Positions 24,057 through 33,733 of a stretch of DNA of 64,000 bases are shown here, one piece after another. The position numbers and the translations under genes are program-made. Position 1 is the stretch's first letter. Every line of letters starts with the position of its first letter. The stretch is taken from positions 262,508,001 through 262,572,000 of the forward strand of contig OZ024740.1 in NCBI GenBank assembly GCA_964016885.1. The letters are read 5' to 3'. Under the pieces are notes generated by a model. The model did not search any database. It was not told where the DNA came from and saw nothing but the letters and a program-made list of their open reading frames with translations. The DNA comes from Eledone cirrhosa (taxonomy: Eukaryota).

Positions 24057-25394
24057 ATATTACATAGTAGATTTAGTAATCTACAGGGGGGGGGGGTGAT
24101 ATATAGAGATGACGGGCTCTTATTAGTTAATAACTTGAATAACCAAAATCTTGAAAGGCTACGGAAAAATATTAGAAAATCTTTTAGTGAACTCGGCCTA
24201 AAAATAACATACGAATACAATCTTAAGGTAGTAAACTTTCTGGACGTAACTCTTAATTTAAATACCGGACAGATACGACCCTTCCACAAGGTAAATGAGA
24301 AGCTTACGTATATTGACTTTAACTCTAACCACCCACACTCCATGATCAAATCAGGTCCCCGGAGTATTTCTCTTAGAATCTCTCGCCTATCGTCTAACTC
24401 TGATATTTTTAGCGAACATGCTGAATACTACAATAATGCATTAAGGAATGCTGACCACCGGGATACAATAGAATACATCGATAGTAATTTCCACAACACA
24501 CATAGCTCTACACGTAATCAAGGTATACGTAACCGGGGGACTAAAACACAAGCACACACACACTATACTACCAGACATACTAATAATAGAAGATCACCAC
24601 CAAATAAATCACGTTGTAGAAAGTATATCTGGTATAATCCTATTTTTAATGCCTCGATTAGTACAAAACTATCTCTTTCATTCTTTAAATTAATCAATAA
24701 ACACTTCCCTAGTTCCCATAAGTACAGCAAAATTCTGAACTCCCAAACTATTAGACTATCATACTCCACGGCACCAAACCTTGAAGCATACATAAAAAAA
24801 CTTAACTTAAGGCAATTAAACAACTCTACAAAACAAAACATTTTAGTAACAGATGGGCAGAACGCAATATCTGCCTCCCAACCACTAAATGGGAGACGGG
24901 TATTGCACAACCCACCTGTACCGCTATCACAACCTATCCATGGTATACCCGCTACCCACAACAAAGCATGTAACTGCCATCTACCTGAAAGATGTCCATT
25001 GCAGAATGAATGCCTAAAGTCCAACATTGTTTACCAATGCACGGTTGAATCGGACGACCAGAAATGGTATTATATCGGATCTACCACCACATCGTTTAAA
25101 TCTCGCTGGTACCGTCATCGATTCTCAATCAAACATCAGAATCACCGTTTTGTGACCACGCTCGCCAACAAGACCTGGCAACTCCGTGAACACAACCAAC
25201 AGTTCACCTTAAAATGGGATATACTTTCCAGCGCAAATGCATATCGGAGTGGTTTGAAGTACTGCAGGTTATGTAACCTTGAGCTATTTTACATACTAAA
25301 ATCCAAAAACAAACTACTTAACGATAGAATTGAACGATCATTATACTGCAACCACAAACTAAAAGCTAAATTCTCTCACTATAAAATAACTTAA
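23913..25394 (+). CDS. PLE reverse transcriptase (C-terminal half) plus GIY-YIG endonuclease, 5'-truncated, uninterrupted frame
   Basis: FDITMGSNDSAEVTDLVG, IYRDDGL, VNFLDVTLNL, SNHP, IWYNPIF, LSYSTAPN, and GIY-YIG with flanking Cys/His motifs. The frame stays open upstream of the ATG at 24000 to the inversion junction. Confidence 0.9.
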   Translation: MILEARKTIIKFDNCYWERKDRPTNFDITMGSNDSAEVTDLVGIYIAHILHSRFSNLQGGGVIYRDDGLLLVNNLNNQNLERLRKNIRKSFSELGLKITYEYNLKVVNFLDVTLNLNTGQIRPFHKVNEKLTYIDFNSNHPHSMIKSGPRSISLRISRLSSNSDIFSEHAEYYNNALRNADHRDTIEYIDSNFHNTHSSTRNQGIRNRGTKTQAHTHYTTRHTNNRRSPPNKSRCRKYIWYNPIFNASISTKLSLSFFKLINKHFPSSHKYSKILNSQTIRLSYSTAPNLEAYIKKLNLRQLNNSTKQNILVTDGQNAISASQPLNGRRVLHNPPVPLSQPIHGIPATHNKACNCHLPERCPLQNECLKSNIVYQCTVESDDQKWYYIGSTTTSFKSRWYRHRFSIKHQNHRFVTTLANKTWQLREHNQQFTLKWDILSSANAYRSGLKYCRLCNLELFYILKSKNKLLNDRIERSLYCNHKLKAKFSHYKIT

Positions 25395-25887
25395 CATTCG
25401 AACCCGTAACTACAACACCACTTTCTAGCTAACAACCTTCTCTTCTCCCCCACACTACAAGACAATACACTGCTTATCACTATACATGGTAACTCAGTAC
25501 AATTCCTAGATTACTACTACAAAACCAAAAGTTCACTCACCACATATACTTTATCTGTCCCCTCTCTACCTATATATCTCTCTCTACATCCATTACACTC
25601 TCTCTCTCTCACCTTTGACCTACCTCCCTCTCAACATCTATGAACCTGACCTCTGGGGCAATAAATAATTCCGACCTCAACTATCTACGCATCTCTCCAA
25701 AAGTAACTAATAAAACCCCTACCATAACATTTTGATTAAGATATCTACAAGCCACTCTCTCCTACTTCTCCAACCCCTGCATATCTTTCCTTCTCTCTCC
25801 TTCTTCCCTACTTTTCTCTCTTCCTGTTCCACTCTATCTTCCCCAACAACCCCACTTAAGGGTTTTTACATTGTATATTTACCATTC

Positions 25888-25999
25888 TGCTCTGAGGAAA
25901 CAGTGGTCACAGCATTGGATATTCGAGTTCTGCAAATACTTGTGAATTTGCACGTAGCGGAACTAGGCTGCAGTACCACCGTGGAAACACTTGTAAGCA
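25888..25999 (+). ncRNA. Type-I hammerhead ribozyme with ~85-nt stem II
   Basis: tgct CUGAGGA aacagtggt...accaccgtg GAAA cacttg UA agca, followed by AATAAA at about 26005. Confidence 0.72.
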
Positions 26000-26191
26000 C
26001 ACGGAATAAACTACCTTTTTATGATGTCTACCTGTTATTATTCATTCTTTATATACACTCCGGAATACTGAAGGATCAGGAACTAAGTTTCATGAACAAT
26101 TCTTCCATAACTCGTAGAGTAACCTCTTACCGTACGTCAACCATATCCAGTGTAGTAATTAACCATCACTACATCTTGGATAATCCTATAC

Positions 26192-26263
<72 letters not shown>

Positions 26264-26422
26264 AATATACACGGGTGTGTATGATTGTGTATAGAAGATT
26301 ATATTAAGGAAGAGGAATTCCAACTTTGTCTGATTTACTCGTTTTATTTACAATCCTTTAAAATTTATAATGGTATTATAATGAAATAGTATGATAGAAT
26401 ATTAAATGTTAAGTGTTAATTG

Positions 26423-26457
26423 AACAAGTACTTTCATGCTTTCGCAATCTTCAGGTT
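26423..26457 (-). ncRNA. Minimal type-I hammerhead ribozyme
   Basis: aac CUGAAGA ttgc gaaa gcat GAAA gtac UU gtt. AGTACT palindrome. Confidence 0.72.
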
Positions 26458-26534
26458 GATAATGTGTGGTGACAGTCAAGTTTGCAATTTTCAACAGTTG
26501 AAAATTGCAAACTTGACTGTCACCACACATTATC

Positions 26535-26569
26535 AACCTGAAGATTGCAAAAGCATGAAAGTATATGTT
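26535..26569 (+). ncRNA. Hammerhead ribozyme, copy with mutated stem III
   Basis: aac CUGAAGA ttgcaaaagcat GAAA gtatat gtt. Confidence 0.5.
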
Positions 26570-27202
26570 CAATTAACACTTAACATTGAATATTTTATCA
26601 TACTATTTTATTAAAATACCATTATAAATTTTAAAGGATTGTAAATAAAACGAGTAAATCAGACAAAGTTGGAATTCCTCTTAATATATATATATATATA
26701 TATATATTGAATGTAGAAATATATATAAACATGAATAGTAGAAAGGAAAAAGATATTTTCAATAGAATATGTTGAAGAGATATTTTTAGTGAAATTTCAA
26801 AACATTAATTTATTTACAATACAGATTTCAGCATTAAATGCATTGTCAATTGCGGATATGCAGAATATTGTTAAGTTACATATTTGTACAAATCGTGAAA
26901 ATAATGATAATAACAAAAAAAATATAGAGAGGGGAATAGAAATTAATTTTCACATACATGTTCCTTCAGAGAAGAAAGTCAATTTCTCTGTCAATCCGTC
27001 TCCGCTAATTAATGGCTGGTTGTGACTAGAGAGGGTAGACGCAGGAGGGGGGAGAAGAAGAAGAAGAAGAAGAAGAAGGAGGGGAAGGAGGTAGGGGATG
27101 GTTGTTGTGGCTGCAGACTGCTATGTGAGACCCCTTCAAAAGTGGATATAAGGTTTGGCTGGGATTAGCTTGAAAGGATGGGTGACCCTATATATATATA
27201 TA

Positions 27203-27812
27203 TGGCGGCTGCCAACTCGTTTTCGAGTACGGCCACTGCGTTATATCCATGTAGGAGAACTCCTACCAATGCACTGAACGGGTATGACGTTTTAGTCCAG
27301 CGAGCGACCTGAAAACTCTGGTACAAACACTACACCTGTGACAATTATTGACACATAGTGCTGGGCCCATGGTACCATGTGATGACAAGTGCAGGGAGAT
27401 CTCCAGCTACAAAGCAATGCCTGTGCCGTGAAGTTTTTATAGTGAGCAAAGGCACTGCACAAAGCCAGTCCCACTCTCGTAACCAAGATGATATTTACCA
27501 AAAAGAAGAACAAGTCAACATCATTGGATACCATCAGAGTTGCAGGTATTATATCAGAGTTTTCCTTCTCCTAGAATTCTGCCTTGACAAAGGCTAAGGG
27601 GTCATCTCTCCCGGTGATTTTGGATGGCCATTGACTCTTAAGAGCTCCTTTTCCCTTTGACAGGTTTTGCTTTTAGTCCTGCAGGATCTCCAAAGTCACC
27701 CTCCTCACCAAGAAACCTTGGTGGGGTTGCCAGTTTAGTCGCCAACGACCCGACCATGAGACAGGTTGTACTGGGATACATGTTACCAGTAGCACCAACT
27801 GGTGACCTGACA
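27203..27812 (-). mobile_element. Probable 5' UTR fragment or short derivative of an RTE-type LINE
   Basis: Contains aaggcagaattctaggagaaggaaaactctga, similar to the conserved RTE 5'-UTR motif. Highly structured 5' end, bounded by (TA)n. Confidence 0.45.
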
Positions 27813-27816
27813 TATA

Positions 27817-27908
<92 letters not shown>

Positions 27909-27927
27909 AGCACAAAGGCTGGGTAAA

Positions 27928-27975
<48 letters not shown>

Positions 27976-28010
27976 ACATGTATATATATGTATCTATATA
28001 TATATATATA

Positions 28011-28201
28011 TACGAGGGTTATCCCAAAAGTAAGGTCTCCTTCCGAGGAAAACATGCGTAAAGATCGGCGGATCACTCTGGATGGTCTCTGCATTTTGGC
28101 TCCTGAGGTTTCCCGAAGCACCATCCACAGGTTTTAATGGAAAAGTTGCAATATCGGAAGCTGCAATATCCGAAGGAGATCTTACCTTTGGGATTGCCCT
28201 C

Positions 28202-28204
<3 letters not shown>
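28011..28204. mobile_element. Tc1/mariner-type MITE
   Basis: Terminal inverted repeats TA-cgagggttatcccaaaagtaaggtctccttc and gaaggagatcttacctttgggattgccctcg-TA, inserted in (TA)n. Confidence 0.85.
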
Positions 28205-28273
<69 letters not shown>

Positions 28274-28284
28274 ATATATATATA

Positions 28285-29725
28285 ATTATAATAAAATAAC
28301 AGGAGGCTGGACTTGTGTAAATCCTTGAAAGGTTTATTATACTAGATATAGTCTATTTGTACTACATCGAGTTTAACAATTGATTACACGCGAGGATCCG
28401 ACTGTTGTGTTGGTTTTCCTGGCTGCGAGACCGGCCTCCTGGTGCATGGGCCAACCTTGTGTGCTTGGAAAAATACATTTCCCCTTCTTTCGGTAAATGA
28501 AATAGGCGGAGTGGCTTCATTCGCCCAGGGGGCCGCCGCGCAGCCACTTTTTGACCGCCATATAGTACCCTTAAATTCTAGGCCTAATCATAACTATTAG
28601 CTGTATCATGCCTACCTCTAATTTAACAAATCCCCCTCCTGGGTAAATCAATAGTACTCGTTTGATACAAAGATGGCCTAACGACGATGGCTGACTTCCC
28701 ACTAGCACACCTGAAGCCTGAAATACATTCCTGGAGTGCTTGGAAAAATTGATTTCCATATTTCGTTAGGCGATCTCACTCGGATTGGCTGACAGGCGGT
28801 TAAAGATGGGCTGGCCGGATTCTGCAGTCGCCGCATGCTGTTTGACTGCTAAACGAGGACATAATCTTTACTCTATAATACAATTAAAGTTTCTTCATAA
28901 AATACTCTTTCTTTAACTAAACCTCGAAACCCAAAACCTTAAACATTTTAAACTGTTTGATTTTCAATTTTCTAATTTTTTAAAAATTTTATAATGTTAA
29001 TCTTAAATTTTTGTAACTTCATCCTATAAATCCAAACAAAAATTTAACGTTCCAATCTTCTGCTCACACATTATAACATGCAGATCCCCACTATATTTAC
29101 CTCTGTTATAATATATACCTCTGTTAAGATACAGGTACTTTAGAATAACTTTTTTCGCGGCATTCCTCGCCTGACTGTAGCATGACATTAATACGGACTT
29201 TTCTTCCTCTTCCTTTCTGTCTTTTTTCTTGTAGCTTGACATTAACGCTGACTTTTCTTCCTCTTCCTTTCTGCTTTTCTTCTATTTTACCGAGAGGTTA
29301 GTAGCACACTATAAGCTTTAGCCTCCTCACCAGATAGCCTTAAGTAGACCGAATAGCCAGCACTTGAGGGCGACCGGCTTAAGTGGAAGATGCTAGATGG
29401 TCGGTCGTCCTCGGGTCTATGATATTCAGCCCCATGGATTTTATCTATTACATTCATTTATTATATTTCGAATACCTGATGATATCACCGGATTCATACG
29501 GAACCCGGTCATTGAAATGATCATAGTATAATAAACCTTTCAAGGATTTACACAAGTCCAGCCTCCTGTTATTTTATTATAATATTTAACTCCGTACTGG
29601 CACCACCAACTACAAAACGAAGACGGTTGAACTGCTTTACGTTGAGTACTCTCCATATTATTACATCAAGATTGACCATACGGAGTTGACAATCTCTATC
29701 CAGTGGTGAACCTTCAAACCTAAAT
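28285..29725 (+). mobile_element. Non-coding HHR-bearing PLE-like unit with a 60-bp perfect inverted arm
   Basis: 28285-28344 is the inverse of 29524-29583. HHR at 29472. No RT or endonuclease ORF. (TA)n at both ends. Confidence 0.75.
29472..29529 (+). ncRNA. Type-I hammerhead ribozyme
   Basis: atac CUGAUGA tatcaccgg attc atacg gaac ccggtcatt GAAA tgatca UA gtat. ATGATCAT palindrome; AATAAA follows immediately. Confidence 0.8.
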
Positions 29726-30154
29726 ATATATATATTTATATATATATATATATAGCGTATAATGCAGAGAGAGTGTTAGTGAGAGAGAAAGAGATGCTAC
29801 ACATTGAGAAAACTTAGTAGAGAGAGCGATTGCACCTAAAACGAACGAGAACAAATATTAATATATCCTTTCATAAACATTACACTACACTACACACATC
29901 TCTCACTTAAAACCACATATTACACCAACTATCTGCATGCCCGTATTTCTCACATCAATTGTCCTGCAGCAGTTGTATCTAAACTACAGCTCCATCTTTT
30001 GCACTAAGTTACCCAGTTGTCCTTATTGCCCAGGTTAGGAGGCATAAATTAATTTGAAACACTAGCCTTCCTATTTAAACGAATGATGGGCTACATACAC
30101 ACTAACACACACACACTGACACACACACTGAGACACACACACATACACACACAC

Positions 30155-30217
<63 letters not shown>

Positions 30218-30339
30218 ACACACACACATGTACATATATATATATATATATAAGAAAAAGTCGGGACCCAAAGGCTGAGCTCTTGCCGTTTCGATAGCTT
30301 ATTCCATGTTTGGAATACAAAATATTTTTTTCTCATGTT

Positions 30340-32488
30340 AAATAAGCACTTTCATAAAGAAATAAAATATGAAAAAATAAAGAAAGTTATAAACAAATTA
30401 AAGTAATGAAAACAGCGGGAAGGGGCAAAGATTAGTATATTTGGCATTATGGAAAAGTAGAAGAAAGGAATATAAATGTGAAGAAAAGGGGGAAATGCAA
30501 GATCTCTTGGGCTACAGAAAAAAGGGAGGGGAAGGGGAGAGAGTGATGGGCTCTTGGCCTAGGGTGGCGCGGGGTTTGGACTGCACCCCGTGGAGGAAAC
30601 TGCAAAGGCATTTCCGCGGACAATGGCCAGCGACACCCACTGAAACAACCACCCTTACTCGCGGCACTCCTGGCTGCTGACGTTCAGACATTGCGGATGG
30701 GATCGGCGGTACGGGCTCCAAGGACGCCCGAGGTTCCGACGATGATCTGTTCGTAGAAGAAGCGGCCGGACAAGCGCCGGTATTTGTTTGACTTGTTGTC
30801 CACTACATTGTGGCCCACAGTACCGGGGTTTGTGGCCAAAGCGAAATAGTTGGAGGCGGAGAACGTTCACAACAGATGATGGATTTATCCTTTTTCGAAT
30901 GGGAAAAGGGTAATTCCTTCAGGATGCTTGCCGTCTCTGTGGTCGTGGCTTGCTTGGTCCAGTTGTGATGAGAAGCCAGCTGCACCCAACCTCCTTTTCA
31001 ATATGCTGTTGAGAGAGGCATGTCAGGGGAACCAGCCTGAGTTCTGGTTGCATGACAGTGGGTGCCGGCCAAATTTGACAACGACAGCCGCACAACAGCA
31101 TTTGAGTGGCTCACACACGCGGAGGCCGAAGCGTTAAGCCACACCGATGCAGGTTTACTCGTCATCAAGAAGGGTACTGCTTGATGGGGAGGGCGCGGAA
31201 TTGATCCTCACATCGCTGTTTGGCTGCGAAGCGGATTGGGGGCAGGCAAAGTGATGCTGGTCCAAGCCAGAGACAATCCGCCTTACGTTGCACATTTGTA
31301 TACTGGGGGACGGAGAGGCCTTCGCCTGTCCAGTCGACCAGAGCCTGCTCAGGTTCTGGAGTCACGTCAGGTTCGGCATCGTGGAATTCGGCCTCTCAGT
31401 AGCTACCGTTTATCACCATGGATTTGGATGGGTTAATCTCGAATCCGAGTAGCTTTAGAACTAGGGTGCTTAGCTGAAGCTTTTCAACCTCCGTCAAAGC
31501 CGAGCCCCCCAGAGTCGCGTGACTCAAGTACCAAACGTTAAAGTATGACCGGATAGAGCGTGCATCGTCGTCAAATACCAGCGCAAAGAATGGGTCGTGA
31601 CGGTGTTCTTGCTGAACACCGTAGCGGACGTTACCTTGTTGTCAGTGGTCATGAGTAAGCTGGGTTTTCGGTACGAGAGGTCAGTAAGAAAGATTAATGT
31701 AGGGGACTCATCTAAGACACGTCTCTGTTCAAGCTGTTTTTCATGTCCAGCTTTACAAGGTGGGATGACAAAATAGGCACGTGCTCTATAAAGTGTCTAG
31801 CCGCATGAGCTGGACATCACATCAGCGCTTCATTCCCACTCCGAGTTGGACAGGGCTTAGCGTCTCGCTCAGGTTGTCTTTGACTGACTTGCAAGCTATC
31901 TTGGCTGCATGTTGTCGGAAGACGTTGTTCACTTCGACGGGGCGGACGCCTCCGTCATTCTTCTTGATCTGGCTGGTTGAAAAGAAAAGATCACGGGCAT
32001 GACAAGGTAAGTTGGCGTGGACAAGACAATTGTTGATGGCTATTATCGACTAGAGCAACCGTGTTCCTGCCTCAGTAGCGTGAGGCGAGACAAGGTCTCT
32101 GCGGTGGCCGGGTGGAGGGCGTCCTCACTGCCACCGCCGCTGTTGCATTGAAAGGATCTTCAAGCAGCAACTACATCTTCACTCGACGTACCTGGGGAAA
32201 GATTTCTGGCCAAGGCTTCGACGTCCCCGACGTAGGCTGAGGGTGGAGTGGGGGTGTTAGAGTGTTTGTGGCGAAAAGCTGATAGGACATCGGGTGTGCG
32301 CCTGAGTAGGTTGACGCTATCACGGAGATGTTTCGTACAGTTAGAAGTGGAATGTGTGCGCTGTGTCGACACTGGTGAGCAGCATGAGAAGGCAGAGAGG
32401 GTTGCAGCTGAAGGGTCCCAGAAAGGAACGATAGTGCCCCTGAGCCTCGAAACCAGGGAGGGGTCCGATCTCTCTCGTGTCGTAGGGT
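30340..32488 (-). mobile_element. Degenerate CRE-clade non-LTR retrotransposon (RT plus restriction-like endonuclease)
   Basis: Minus strand: GVRPVEVNNVFRQHAAKIACK, LSPVQLGVG, AHAAR, LVKLDMKN, AGI*RR/WYL-DD region, and endonuclease RDGKHPEGITLFPF. Homologous to 50810-54030. Confidence 0.8.
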
Positions 32489-32724
32489 ATATATATAGAT
32501 ATACATATTAGGCTTTGTACACGGTTGAAATAAAGTAATAGATAGTTAGGATGGTATATCTTATAGCTGTCGCTGTTACAGTTTCGCAGCTGTTTTCAAA
32601 TACACCCAAAATAAAAAAAACGTATACTTTCATATTTATATGTGCATTTCACTACATATAGTGAATATTTTATAAAAGCAAACAGCACATAAATATATAT
32701 TTGTATGACATCATTAATATTAGT

Positions 32725-33690
32725 ATCGGTGGAACATCCACCTCGGCGTTCAATAGAGGACTAGTGGAGGGGAAGAGCGACGACGTTCTCGGAGAGATCC
32801 TGGGCGTCGAAGAAGATCAGATGTTTGCTCTCTTCCGGAGGACTTTCAGCCCAGGGCCTATGGATAACTTCCAAAGATCCCTGGCCTGGAAGTGCTACCG
32901 GGGAGCGCTGCCGGTTCGAGATAAGCTCTACAGGCATGGAAGTGCCATCAGCCGAGCCTGTCCGAGATGCGCGCAGAGCGACGAAACCGTCGTTCACTCA
33001 TTCGTTCAGTGCCTGAGCATTGCTGACTTGTGGAGCTATGTCGAACAGTTTCTGTCGCGTGTAGGACTGATCCGGTTATCGACTGAGTCCATTGTGCATA
33101 TGGTCTCGCCGTCTTCCTTCGAGGAGGAAGGGCAGGCGGTTTTCGTCTGCCTGGTGGCCATGGCGAAAGAGATTGTGTGGTGGACAAGGTTGAAAGGGTT
33201 AAAGACAGACACTTTCCTCTTCGGCGAATCACTAATTAACTTTTTCAAGTTTCACTTGAAGAGGAAAATCAGGGTGGAGAGGCAAGTGCTGCCTTCTAGC
33301 AAGTTTGTTGAAAGGTGGGTGAATGTAGCGAGAATGGTTCGAGTGAACGGGACCGCTTTGAATATACGCCTGTAGAATGGAAATATTGAGAGAGGGCGCT
33401 TGCCCTTGTGGTAAGGGTGGCCGTGGTCTTTTGTGTGGTTTTCGCCACGAGTAACCCTCGGAGGTTTCCCCCCTATTGGGGAATTTTTCATTGTTTCAAT
33501 TTTCATTTTTATTGTTTATATATATATATGTTTCTATGTCCTTTTTTTCTTTTCTTATATAAATAATAAAAATATTTACACGCACAAAACCCATATCGTA
33601 CCGACCTGTACCGTCCTGTGCCGTCTGTAATGTTTTTCTTGATGTCAGCCCTTGTGGCCAATAAAGAAATCATTATTATTATTATTATTA
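32725..33690 (+). mobile_element. Tx1/L1-like element A, 3' fragment with (ATT)n tail
   Basis: MDNFQRSLAWKCYRGALPVRDKL...CPRC...ETVVHSFVQC (zf-RVT-like), then AATAAA and (att)n. Confidence 0.88.
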
Positions 33691-33733
33691 CAGTTGCATT
33701 TATCTTGCTTTATTTATTATTATTATTATTATT

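Larger units (their letters stand above)
22436..26195 (+). mobile_element. Young 5'-truncated Naiad-type PLE with a 1475-bp inverted 3' duplication
   Basis: 22436-23910 is the inverse of 24581-26055; only three substitutions were noticed. A 670-bp spacer encodes RT. Both ends lie in (TA)n. Confidence 0.93.
26310..26682. mobile_element. 373-bp near-perfect palindrome (1-nt centre) with an HHR on each arm
   Basis: Symmetric about 26496 (tcaac-a-gttga) with few mismatches. The right end runs into (TA)n. Confidence 0.9.

Noticed and set aside
29360-29425. SECIS-like hairpin upstream of the HHR
   Set aside because: Lacks the 3' GA of the non-Watson-Crick quartet, and there is no ORF upstream.
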